NCBI GenBank assembly: GCA_047495785.1
Contig: JBLDXI010000036.1
Coordinates: 1,277,592-1,341,591, forward strand
Reading direction: 5' to 3'
DNA length: 64,000 nucleotides
DNA from: Lepidodermella squamata
Lineage: Eukaryota; Animalia; Gastrotricha
Shown here: in pieces, positions 51,748-64,000 of the stretch
Layout: the number at the start of each line of letters is the position of its first letter
How positions within the stretch are numbered: the stretch's first letter is position 1
Position numbers and translations under genes: made by a program
Notes under the pieces: generated by a model
Databases searched by the model: none
What the model was told of the DNA's origin: nothing
Seen by the model: the letters and a program-made list of their open reading frames with translations, nothing else

Positions 51748-52446
51748 AAAACGACGAAATAGTGAGATGATGAGATGAGTGGTGCAGTCTAAACTCGATT
51801 GATTGATGAATAAAAATTAGGTATCAATTTCAATAACACAGCGCAGCCACGTTTTACCGAGGCCGAGAAAATCTAACAATAGAGCCCGTAATTTGAATAA
51901 TTGAACGTGAACGGATTTTTCGGCGAATATTGTTCATTTTGGATATAGAAAATATTGGCCCAAAAAGTGTTTCCTCTTGGGCGGGTAATTCGTTTACTCT
52001 ATTGTGAGATTTTCTCGGCTACGGTAAAAAGTGGCTGCGCTATGCAATTTTCTGAAGGTTCTGTTCGTCTTGCCGCGAAAAAACATATTGGCATAAGTCG
52101 CCAGGATATTGATTCCAATTCTTTCGCGCACAAAATTAGGCACTCGTTCGCACCTAGTTTGGAGTTCTGTAGAGTTGACATGCTTCTTTTGGCTATTCCG
52201 GATGTTTCGAACAGCCTTTGAATTTTGCCCACAGAACAACACTTCCATCATCTAAGTATATTCAAACAATTCTTCACACGATTTTGAAGGTTTTATTTGT
52301 GCATTGTAGGATTGAAAAACGTGAATGAACACGGGGGAGTAGATAACGAGTTTTTTAAGCATACTGTACACGAAATTTACAACAAATGGCAAGTAACATG
52401 TATTATGTTGTTTTAGTGGAAAGAAGTAGCTCGGGCAAATTTTACA

Positions 52447-53343
52447 ATGCGCCTTATTATATCCATCGTTTTCCTTTGGCTCGTGTCCGGAGTGGACGCT
52501 GAGGATTTCGAGTGTGGCGCTTATCCGCTTCCTTTTACTCCTAAAAGCAAAGTTAACATTCATGGAGTACAACCAAATGAGTTCCCTTGGCTGGTTCGTC
52601 TGTTTAGATTGGTCTCATATAATCAGAACAGGATACTTGTTAAAGGTCTTGCTGGAGATATATTTTAAAAACGAATTATCTGCCTTTTATTGCGATGCTT
52701 CTCTCATCTCATCGAAGCAATGGCTAATTACGGCAGCTCATCGTGGTCGGAATTACAGAGGAACACCAATTTTGTAAGTTTTCGTTTTTCCTTCTGAGTG
52801 CTGGAATGTTCTGATCTTTCAATATTCGGGATCAAAGCTATGCTGGGACGCCACGACATCAGTCTCTGAACCAGTCACTATCGCCGAATCGCAGATGTGT
52901 TTAGCCTCAGATTATCAGATTATGGGAGCAACGTTTGTTGGACGGATGAAGGAGGTCCACTTATGTGTTCGTTTTCAAGGAGGGCTTATCTGCTTGGCAT
53001 GATTTCAAACGACGGCGAAACGTGTTCGGGGGACATTCCGGGCATCTACAGCAGAGTCTGCAAGGTTCCAGATTGGATTACTGAAAGCACCGATGTTCCA
53101 AGCCAGAGAAGTGCTCCTGATCAGTCATGTTACGTACCGGTCGTTGAAGCACCGCGGTCGTGAGCCGAGTGGACGCGGGTACATTAGCTGATACAGGCGA
53201 AGTTATAAGGCCAAGAACTACCGTGGCGAAAGGAGAGGTCGTAATCGTTAAATGCAACGCAGGTTATAACTATTCCGCTTCTATCAATGCCGCAACCTGC
53301 TTACATCCTTTTCGCCCGGCGATGAATGGAAAATGTAGCCCTA
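52447..53343 (+). pseudogene. Decayed 5' half of a modular protease gene: signal peptide, non-catalytic S1 protease domain, first sushi/CCP domain
   Basis: FPWL|VLLEI (52-nt intron 52594-52645), WLITAAHR, CWTDEGGPLMC, PGIYSRVC. Lesions: acceptor AG changed to GG (~52829), stop plus large deletion (~52867), 8-bp duplication at 52908-52923, frameshift at ~53160. Confidence 0.8.
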
Positions 53344-53680
53344 GTTAGTAAGGTCAAAATGAGCGAAATCTTCTGATGACTCAACTTGTGGAAGTTCCGA
53401 ATCCGTTTCGATTTGTCCACCTGGGAAAGGCTAACTTTCAAACCTTGTGACCTAGCCCAAGCCCAAACACTATCCCTATCAACATCCCTGAGCCTAGCCC
53501 TAACCCTAAACCTAACCCTAACCAAAATCCAACCCCAAACCTAAACCCTAACCCAAGCTAAAACTCTAATGAAACCCGAACCTAAACCCCTACCCTAACC
53601 TTACGCTGAATCCTAACCCTTTTCTAACCCTTACCACTAATTGTTGATTAATGGCCTGTTAATACTGTCATTATTGTTAG

Positions 53681-55823
53681 ACTGCGGCGAGATTCCTGTC
53701 GTAAGTAATGGGTATCTGACGAGCTCGAATATGTCCACATCCTACTTGTCCACGATGACTTTAGTCTGCAATCAAGGCTATCGAGTCGTCGGTCAGGCTA
53801 CCAGCCGATGCCAATCGAACGGCAGTTGGTCTCCGCCTGGCAGCTGTGAAGCTTTAGGTGACATTTTTCATTACGCAGTAATTGCTTAAGCACTAACAAT
53901 GTTCTCAAGTTTGCGGACGACCCCCGGCGATACGAAACGGTGCTGTATCTTCTGGGCTCTCGAGCGTCGGAGCAACGCGAAGTGTATCATGCGATCGAAA
54001 TTACGACCTACAAGGCAATGCGGCGATATCATGCCTCGCAAACTTGACATGGTCTCAGCCTGGTTCTTGCATCTTACGGCAACAAGGACCTGTAAGTTCT
54101 AGCATGAATATCAATGAGAAATTACTCATTGAAATATGTTCCCTATAAGTTTTGAATGCTTTAATCGCATTTATTTAATCGGGAAACCGAATTTAACGAA
54201 TTTAACGGAGAGAATCTTATCGGTAATTTTCGGTATTTTTCGAGGTTTGACTAATTTCTCCGGATTTGTTTTAGTTTCAAGTTTTAGGAATTTTCGGAGT
54301 GTCTACTCTCGCAACAATATTTTTGAATAAGGCCAGGCTTAGGGTTTAGGGTTAGGGATGGGCTCAACAAGCAATATCTGATAAGGACTGTCATTTGGGG
54401 AAAATTCTCGATCTGCCCTCTCTTGTGTGTTGTAACTCTTAAATTGTAAATAGAAAATAAATAAACAATAATCGTTAGATAGGGGTGGCAAATTCCTCTT
54501 TGTAATTGTGCCATTTACCTGGCCTCGGTATGTAAGCACTGTTAACAATTTCGATAGCTAGCAAAATTGGAAAATTCTCGTCCTTTGGCCCTATTTTCAA
54601 GCCTTTATACATTTCTTGGTTGTAAGTAAATTTAACAGCAATTTGGTACGATGAAGTACCATATTGATGATTGATGCGAATTTAAAATTATCTGATTATA
54701 TATCTCTCCACTAATGTTTCATTTTTCATGGCGATCAGCCGTCCGGCGAGCCGTGCATAGTCCCAAGTAGACCGAATTCCTTACTCAAGCTGAAATCAAA
54801 TGGAAGAACTGTCCAGGCTAATTCTCTCCCGACTGGTAGCGTTATAGTCATTGAGTGCCTGGCAGGATTTGCTTTCACGATGAGACAGTCTCGCTCAGAA
54901 AGCACTTGTCAGGCGGATGGCGAATGGAGCTACGAGCTGCCGAGATGCGGAAGAGCAGAAGGTGAGGGCAAATCTTAGCATTTCAGCTTCTACTAATCTT
55001 GTGAATTCAAGCCAACTACAGCGCTTGCGGAATAGGACTGGCAGCGAGAGTTATGGGCGGAGCTTACGCTGAACCAGGCGAACTTCCATGGATGGCTAGA
55101 CTTGAAATAACGTATACCGGTCAAAGCCAGCCCGTATACTGCGGCGCTTCTCTCATCTCCCCATCATGGCTTCTATCCGCAGCTCATTGCTTGACTGTAA
55201 ATAGCAATGGCTTAGTAGCGATAATTGCGGAAATTGGGCGGACTAATTTTTCTAGCGAAAGTGAAGCAAGCCAATATGTTCGGCGCGTATCGAGAAACTT
55301 CACCATCCATCCTAATTACAGCAAACTGGATAACTACAACTTCGACTTTGCCCTGATTAAGCTGGAGCCGCCTGTTATCTTGAAACCAACCGCTCGCTTA
55401 ATCTGCCTGCCCGACTCGTCAATGTGCGACGAAACGTATTCGAGGGATAACCAACGCGTCGACAGTTGCGTTCAAGTATCAGCGGCTGGCTGGGGTACGA
55501 CAGAACGGGGCGAGCGCTTGTCGACTACGTTGAAAAAAGTCAACTTGACAATGGCATCGGCTGAGTCTTGCGAAATTTTAGGGGGCTACGACGGGATAAC
55601 AGATGCTCAAATGTGTGCTGGGGCTGAAGTCAGCAAAGTCGATACATGCACCGGCGACTCTGGCGGGCCTTTGATGTGCAGGCGAGACGGCAATGGGCCT
55701 TATCATCAAATTGGAATTGTTTCTTTTGGCCACTCGTGCGGCGTGGCCAATTCGCCTGGAATATATTCCAGGGTTTGCCGAGTCGTAGATTGGATCAGAG
55801 GATACATATCACCCAAAACCTAG
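53681..55823 (+). CDS. Intact 3' half of the same gene: three sushi/CCP domains + trypsin-type S1 serine protease (exons 53681-53857, 53910-54091, 54739-54961, 55012-55823)
   Basis: CCP C..C..C..W..C patterns; zymogen site CG..AR|VMGG; triad SAAHC, DFALIK, GDSGGP; Asp at the S1 pocket (DTCTGDS). All introns are GT-AG and in phase. No intact start or signal peptide is visible. Confidence 0.8.
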
Positions 55824-57074
55824 CCAGCCTAACAAAACAAATCCGATTGGATTATTACTGATTATTACCAACTGATTTTAACTGTCTCATTGACGATCAT
55901 TATAGGTTCTTTGTGACGTTAACCTTGTGGGTTCAATTTATTTCCCAACGAATATATAAATATATGTTTATATTGCCCTTGTCGTTTGTTTGGAACTAAA
56001 TTTCTGATTCATTAAACTCGCTTGTAGCCTTCGGTTGACTCTGACTGCAAATATGCGGCTACGTCCTTGACGTTATGCGAAATAGCTTCATCCAAGCCGG
56101 TAAAGTTCCAGCCATTAACAAAACTGTAACAGATAGGAAACTAACGATCCTTTCTAAGTGAATTTATTCGAGCTGAATTTGCTTCTAACGGCCAATCAGC
56201 CCATTATAATTTTAATTAATTTCAAAAGTCAAAAGCAGCATCCACTCATTACAAATTTGCTTGGTTTTTTTATTGCCAATTATTTGCGATTTCGGGCCAA
56301 ATTTGGCTATCCATGACATAGGCATAATCAAGGCAACGAAACGCTTGATTCCAGTTTATAATCGTTCGCCATTCCGCGACGGAGAGCCAGTTTTTTTCTG
56401 AACCCACTATTGCTAATAAAAAGGTGTGACAAACCATTGTTTCAATGTTCAATAATCGAAATTCGAAAGATCATGTTAATTATGAAATTAGGCTGAAATT
56501 AGTTTACTCAGTTGCTACCTCATTTGTCGATTTTCCTTTGCTGTATTTTCGAAAATGACTAGTATATTCAGCTAAAAACAAGCGAATCGAGGAAATATTG
56601 AACATTTCCCACCAAAACGCAAAAATAGCTGGCTATATGTTCATATTTTTGTTTGATGATACCCATCTCCTCTGAAAGTCGCACACATTCGTTTGTTGGC
56701 ACAGGTCTTGTTGTTGTTGCAAGATGCTTCATTTCGTGTCGTCTTCCGTTCCCTCATCACAGCTACAAACTTTTCGATTCCGATTTTTTTTCGATTCACA
56801 TTCAATTTTCTGCGAATTTTCTGTTGGAGGTTTTTCATCGGGAAAACTGCAAATGACCATATATTTCGCAAGAGGAAGTCTTATTTCTTAGCGATATTTC
56901 TATAAATGCAGTAGCAGTTTATTCCACTGCAAACTTCTTCATCGAGACCACATCGACAGCGCGTGTCGCAAGGCGCGCAAAAGCTTCGCACTCCGGCTCT
57001 CCAGCACTCCAGCTCGCCGCGAAAAATGGCTTGAACCGAATGTGTCTGAAGGCGATGGCAAACGGCCTGGTATT

Positions 57075-57480
57075 TTCGCATTTGCATTACTGCGACACAG
57101 TCATTGGCGAAGCCTGCAAGACTTCAAGAGATCGAATGCAAAGCCTTCCGGACAGAGCCGTTCGTATCATCATGAAAGCGCTGTAAAATGCCGACGCAGC
57201 TCCTTTACGGAAAGAGCTTGGCTGGCTGGACTTGTCTGGGAAACGCAACGTCCATTTAGCTACGTTAATGTTTCGATGCGTCATTGGCGAAGCCCCTGAC
57301 GCCATTATTAACTTATTTACAGTCAGCAAGCCAAGTCGCCTTCGGAGCTCGCGCTTAACCTTCCAGGTACCGAAGATGCGGCTCGATTTCGGAATGGCCA
57401 GCCTGAGCTATCGAGGCCCGAAATTTTTCAACACCCTGCCAGTCAATTTCCATTGCTCAGGATCTCGTAGCCTATTTTCG
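57075..57480 (+). mobile_element. CR1/L2-like LINE ORF2 C-terminal fragment
   Basis: LHYCDTV..RAVRII..LGWL..SLSYRGPKFFNTLP. Confidence 0.75.
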
Positions 57481-57559
57481 ACAGTTAAAATGTTAATAAT
57501 CATCAAACTCACAGGAGCTGTTGAGATGTGCCGAAAAAATAGATATTCTTCGTCTTTGT

Positions 57560-57930
57560 CGACTCATTGTTCATTTTACAAGAGAACTGAATATTGATTC
57601 CGGAAATAAGGGCGGCAAGACGCCGTTACATTTGGCCGCGGAAAATAGCCACATCCTCATTGTAGGGCTACGGAAGGCGAAGCAAATGCGAGAGCTGTTG
57701 ATAAGATCGGCCAGACGCCTTTGCATTAGGCTGCAAGGAATGGCCACGCTTCAGTCGTGCAGTTGCTGATCGATGAAGCGGATACGAAAGCTGTTCATGA
57801 TATCGGCTGGACGCCTTTGCATTTGGCTGCAGAGTTTTGTATTCAGTCGTGCAGTTTCTGATAGACAGATTTAGCGCTTTGGTAACTGTTAAAGATAAAT
57901 GTGGAAAGAAACCGTATGATCTTGTCAGCA
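57560..57930 (+). pseudogene. Degraded ankyrin-repeat coding fragment
   Basis: GKTPLHLAAEN, GQTPLH*AARNGH and GWTPLHLAA in shifting frames. Confidence 0.75.
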
Positions 57931-60871
57931 AGTGACCTTGGATATCTATCGAGCAGAAAGACGAGAATTCGCAAAATCTTGAATGCGCTACCGATTGACA
58001 ATGGGCTATTCGACGGTGTCTACGCGCGACAAAACTGGCAAATACGAACAGATCGTTCCACTGAAGAGTCTTCTAAAACTGACTCTCGCTCGCGTATTCG
58101 ACGTGATGGCTTTCATGGCAGCAATAATCGTTCTTCTCGGCATCAATCTATATCTTATTTCGGCTGCCAACTTGTAATTAGCAGTAATTAATCAACTTGA
58201 AATAGCGTAAACCATGCAACAGAGCCATGGATTCTAAAATGTAATGTTGTGATTAATCGGATCATCTTTGCTGAATGATGCTCGCCAATGCGAATTAAAA
58301 TGACCAAAAAATTACCAGTAAGCCAACAATATCAGCATCTGGGACGTGGGAAGGCATATCTGAAACGAAAGTTTTTTATTCGTATCGAACTAAAATCCTT
58401 TGATTTTTTGCTTTCTTGATCCTTAAGGTTCCGGGTTCGAATCCTCCTTTTTCCCCATTTTTTTTTCTGTCGCCAGTTTTTTTTTGTAAAAGATGACGAA
58501 GTGACGAAACGACGAAACGACGAAGCCACGAAAAAAAAACGCCTCAGAACTAGCTATTCATACCACGTGACAACGTGGACTTTAATCCTGCAATACGGAA
58601 GCATAATGGTTTCATCAAAATTTTTACGCGGCTATTTTTTATCGTATTCATAGTGAAATAAATTATCAGGTGAAATGAAAAGGCTGATTGATAAAATCTG
58701 CATTTGTCGGGTATTAAAAGTGAAAAACGCGTGTATATACGTCGTAGGCGCTGGAGGGTCAAGGTATCCAAAGAAGCAATCATCAACTAGTACCAAACTG
58801 CAAACTGAGAATAGTCATGCGCGCGCGTATTCTGCTGACGTTCTCAGTCTATTATAGGATCCGCCACGAAATAAAATTTGCGGCAATTCGCTGTAGTATT
58901 TTACCGATTCGTCGTCTGATGTTTGTTCTATACGAATAGCACGCTACATGGAGAGGCTACGGCGTGAGGATTTTCGCACGTCAATCTTGAACACGCCTTT
59001 TGCATCTTCAGTAAAAAGAATAAGCAATAATCGATGCTGTGAGACAGTTGGAAAGTCTGTTTTTTTACGTACACCACTATCCTCCTTGACGACACACCTA
59101 ACAACGGCATACAGCCTGCATCGGGTAACTGTGACTACACCGCTATCCTTTTTTAGGTACCCCACTATTCTCCTTGACGAACGAGAGACCGACACACGGA
59201 ACACGGACCGGCCGAACACGACCTACGACAACGGGAGTCAAATCTCCGTCATTTATCAGCGACTGTTCTTGCCAAAATACTCAGACAACCTCTTATCTTA
59301 TCTACCGTAGCTGATAAATTTTCTGTACCCGTTCTCAGACTTGGGACAAATAGAGATGGACTCGAAACAGCCGCATAGGAAAATTACATAACAAGCCGCT
59401 TCCTAAAAAAGAATCCTCAACTGAGGGGAGAAGAAGAGGGATGGTAGCAACGGATGAAATGAAGAGGACATGCAGGTACAGGAGGAAACCTGCAGCAGAC
59501 CGTAGGCCTCTCGAACTCACTAGAGTTGCGACTCGAATTACAGCAACTATTTCTTACATTCAACACTCAACGCTTGAGCGACTGCAATACGCATTTACCG
59601 ATTTTCATTTTACGAACAAATTCTAAATTATGAACACTTTAAAACAACGCTAAAATCGGGAATTTCGACGACTCGTCGCTGATCAACAAATATAAGCCGA
59701 ATTTAGGCTTGTTTACTTCAAGGTCAGAAATGACACACATGTCACATGTCACAAATGCGGCGGCTTTTTAACCGTGAATGGAGAGAATAAAGGACTTCAC
59801 CCAGCACTATACAGCTAGTTTTAAGATGGCGCACGTGCTGTCAACAAAGATTCTGGATAGAATCCAACAGGAAATCTCCATTTTTGAAATGTGAAAAACC
59901 AAATGGAATAATCTATAAAATCATAGAAAATCAGGAAATAAATCTTCCAAGCTCGCTCTAAGCATCAAAATGTAGACCTTGGTCAGATTTACCCTCCGTA
60001 TTTGAAATATGCTTCAATTTCGATTTAAAAATTAGTTAATGCCGAACTAGCTCAATTCCCACCACTTTGAAATGGATATAAACAAGCCTAAATTCGAGTA
60101 ATTTAACGACGCTAACGATATGGTGGCAACTCAAGTGGTAAATACTTCTACACATTCATTTTTCAATCACTTCAAGTGCGTCTGCCGTATGTCTACCCGG
60201 GCTTTTATTGTTTTTTTTGCAAAAAGAACAACCGACTAGAAGCCGGGTTTATATTCGGGTAAATATGGTGCTAAATTTCTGTTTTTCATATTTTGGGCCT
60301 ACACATTAACATTCGGTAGAAGTGGTTGAAATTTAGTCGCCCAGGAATTTTTTTTTATATTTGCACTTATGAATTTCGTATTCATAAGGGCGGTTCACAA
60401 ACTCGGGATTTCCACGTGAATGATTTGTTGCTGCCTCACTTGAATCATGCACGATCATCAATATTGTTTTTCATGCCACCAGTGAACTTTTGTTGATTTA
60501 GGCGTTTCGGGCTGTTATTATCTCCCATTTTCAATGTTGACTTGGATTAACCGAGCTATTGAATTTTTTTTATAATAATTTATTTATTAAAAAAATACAA
60601 AACATTTGGCCTTCATCTTCGGCTAGAACACACTATTTTGACCGAAACTAATAAATTTTGCAAAAATGACCAAAAATAAGTGAAAAGTGTGGTTTGGCGA
60701 AAATTGTGACATTGTGAGATTTTGATGCCGCTTTCAATATCAATTAACGAGAAGTCGAACGATATAAAAAATAGGTTGATACTCATCAGGGATGCCGAGA
60801 AAATGGGCTTTAAAGTATAGGAGTGACAATTTCTAATTTCGAAAAATGCGAAAAATGAAAAGTGTCGGAAC

Positions 60872-61392
60872 ACGCCAAAATATTGACATTCATGTCAGGT
60901 ATCCATCAACAAGCACCCACTGTCATGCAGTCATGGTTCCAGCTGAACGATCCCTCGAACTATGAAACTCGCCACTTTGAACCGATGTTTAAACCAACGT
61001 ACTCGAAGGTTCGCGGCATGCTGAGCATGAGCTACCGAGGCCCTGATCTATGGAACCAGCTCCCGGTCAACGTCCATCCATCTGAAACAGCTCGGACCTG
61101 CAGGGAAGCCACCTACTCGCACTTCTACGAAAAAAATGCTGCAAAATTGAAATTAAAATGAAGCTCTATATATTCTATTTTTATATTTCCTTATCCATGG
61201 TAAAAAAAAAACGGTGAGCTGCCGTTGTTGTAATATTGTTTCGTTTTACTTATCGTTGAGTCAAATTTATGTCATCTCCAATTGTCCTATCCTTTTGTAA
61301 CTGTCCTGCAATTATCTGTTTCCTTTCAAACTTAACTTTGTCGGGCTGCCCTCTCTGGGTGTCATAGCTTTGAAAAAAATAAATAAATAAAT
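60872..61392 (+). mobile_element. CR1/L2-like LINE 3' fragment
   Basis: NYETR..SMSYRGPDLWNQLP; (AAAT)n tail; TCGGAA on both flanks. Confidence 0.75.
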
Positions 61393-61876
61393 CGGAAAGA
61401 CGTTGATTGTAACGATATTTTGGGCATAGATGGTGTCCTCGACTACTTCAATCGACTTTTGGTTCCCACTTTTTGGGTTGCACACGGGTGAACCCGGAAT
61501 AAAGGCAAAAAAACGGCGTACGCAGTTATTTCACTCATGGATCATTACATCATCACATCATTACATGGAATTTTCTAAATGAACAATCCACCAGTTTTTT
61601 TTACTCAAAACAACAGTCAAGTGACTAAAAAAGAGGTTCCTATGAACTGCCTATGATAATGTTCAATTTATTAATGCTACGAGCCCAAGATAGCATGGGG
61701 GCAATATATGTTCACGCTCTGATGACAACCATTCTGTGCCTATAGCGCCGGCCGGCGGAGGGCCTATATAAATAAAACTACGACATACTAACAGTCAAGT
61801 GACTAAAATAAGAGGTTCCCAAGAATTTACAACACTTGTTCTATCAATTTTCAAGAATAAAATGAACAATACACTT

Positions 61877-61978
61877 GATGTACGAATAATCCTTATAAAC
61901 ATACATCCGGATGTACGAACAACTATTAAGCATACATCCTGATGTACAAATAATCCTCAAACATACACCCCGATGTAC
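61877..61978. repeat. ~31-bp minisatellite (3 units)
   Basis: GATGTAC..ATAATCC..AACATACATCC repeats. Confidence 0.7.
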
Positions 61979-62247
61979 GGCTATCAACGCTCTAAAATAA
62001 TTTAGGTTTCAAAGCCTATATTAAAAATACCTCGCATAAAAAATTCTGATGTTACATTTTTATGCGCTGTCGACATTTCCGAGGTTAATCTGAGGTGAGG
62101 AATCTTGCTATATATTCAAACATTTTGTTGGGATCAAGCTGGTGTCTCTAGGACAACTTCAATCAATGACACTTTCCAGTGCATCTCTGGGGTTTTCCGT
62201 GTTTTAAGCCGGATATGGGTTCATGTTAGAAGTCTGAAATTAGAATA

Positions 62248-62816
62248 CCGTAAAAACCGAAATTGGGTGCCGTGTTTTTATAGTTTCAAACCAAGAAAAA
62301 AGTGAGGGCTTATTACGGGCGAGGTACTATTGTAGGCCGTGGTATTATTTATTTAAATCTATCGTCATGAGATTAAAATGAATTTAGAAAAGAGTTTTAA
62401 AATGAAACAACGGTCAAATTTCCGCCTCTTCGTGGAGATCCTTTTCATTTTTTTCAATCTCCTCGGCAACTTCCTCGATTATCAACCAAAACGGGAATCC
62501 TTTCCACAGAAGAGGTTGGTGTGATGTAAAAGTTCGGGATGAAAAAAATGAAACTCAGCAGGTTATAGGTTGTTATTGACCGAAAATGATGACGACTCAT
62601 CTCAACTAACAGGTATTTATACTCACCAGATTAGATTTGAGCTGGACATCAATTTAATTGAATGTTTGCTAAAATTAGCAAGTGCAACATATTTATTAAG
62701 AAACCAAGACACTAATTTAGGTCTGAGATATTATTAGTTCAATCTTCGCTCAGACTGGGGGCTTAAACCAGGCGAGGCACTATTATAGACCTAGGACCCA
62801 ATTTCGGTTTTTACGG
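62248..62816. mobile_element. pogo/Tc1-type MITE, 21-bp TIR, TA TSD
   Basis: TA|CCGTAAAAACCGAAATTGGGT ... ACCCAATTTCGGTTTTTACGG|TA. Confidence 0.85.
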
Positions 62817-64000
62817 TATTCGAAATCCTCAAGAAAAACTGAGTAGAGACACCTAGGAATCCAAATATCGTCCCGCTTCAAGCCAACACGCGTTTTGCGA
62901 TTTGCTGAAAAATACAGAAAATACGCCAAACCCCACTTTTTTTGTGGTGATTTTTTTGGCTCTAATCCAAAATTTCCACGTTATTTCACTGTCATTTTCA
63001 ATGACCTGCTCAGACCTTGCTTCCCCGAATTCGGTGTCAAACGAACCGCCAGGTCATGGCCTACACTTTGCCGTCAGGCATTTTGCCCCTCGACGCATCG
63101 TTGACCCGAAAAAATGACTTTTTGACAGACCCAGGATTTAGACCCAAATATCAGACCTCGCAGTCTATTTTTGGCAGTTAAAGTGTTAACCACCGAAGCT
63201 CGCTATTGGCATAGTGATCCAGCTCTGACCGTGCGAAACCAGTATCCTGGGTTTAGTCAGTGTTTTTAAGGGGTTTACAGGGTTTGCAATGAAAGCATCG
63301 AAAATAGGCAGTGTAAAGCGGAGACACTGCCTCGAAGTTGAACACATTTGAACACTCGAGTGCAAATGATAACATTCTTGAGTCGTCATTCTGAAGTTTC
63401 AGCGCGTGGGAAATATGAATTGCGATTTTGGTATTGAATTAATTTTAAAGATACCTATTCATTTTTTGCTGATATTTTCATAACGAATTCCAAAAAAAAG
63501 CCGAATTTTAAGCGCGCTCCGCTCACATATCACTAAAATTTCGGCAGCTGCTTCAAAAAACTGCTGTAATGGGGAAAACAGCTGTACATTCAAGTTGTCC
63601 ATTGTCCCACACAGAGGAATTCTTTTGGAATTGCACTCTGTACTCCTACAATCGAGCCGCCGACTCATTTATCCAGAATTTTCCTCCCCCACAATAACGA
63701 TGTTGCATGATATCTTTATTGCGAGTTGGCATCCGAATCAGGCAAGTAATTAAAAGTAATTAGACGAAAGGTGTGGCGTTTGATGAAATCGAAAAGACAC
63801 ATTTAGGTAAAAGACATTTTTGTTGGCACTCAAACACATAAAAAAATTAATAAATTCGTGTTCCCTGAACAGGCGAACAACGCCGAACAATATGTTTTCA
63901 ACAGCTGGGCAAAAGCCAAAAGCCGGCAAAAAAGTTTACGGCGTTGCTCGGCTGCTAAAATCTTGAAATCGATTTCACACCCCTGGGCTGTTTACATGGT

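Noticed and set aside
50476-54360. Telomere or chromosome-fusion site
   Set aside because: The tracts are short, degenerate and in both orientations, and two lie inside introns. They are more likely parts of small repeats.

Overview
This is AT-rich eukaryotic (animal) genomic DNA with GT-AG introns, mostly 50-60 nt, so the unspliced ORF track misses or splits most genes. I rebuilt the gene models by hand. The first 15 kb is gene-dense. It holds an ABO-like GT6 glycosyltransferase, an uncharacterised membrane-anchored protein, a CYP3-clan-like P450, a GABA-B-like class C GPCR broken by a microduplication, and an alpha-2/alpha-6-family fucosyltransferase-like gene. The rest is rich in transposons and local duplications. 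It carries what looks like a secretory effector cluster with three parts. (i) There are six two-exon genes or pseudogenes, plus one relic, for ~100-aa secreted single PAN/Apple-like proteins. (ii) Two genes encode polyprotein precursors that would release C-X18-C cationic peptides separated by acidic Arg-bounded spacers. (iii) A multi-sushi trypsin-type protease gene lies next to them, with a decayed 5' half. The PAN genes and the unrelated peptide genes share one upstream cassette: a forkhead-like site plus a dyad flanking a CAGCTG E-box. The function (venom, mucus or antimicrobial defence) is inference. The species cannot be identified from this window.
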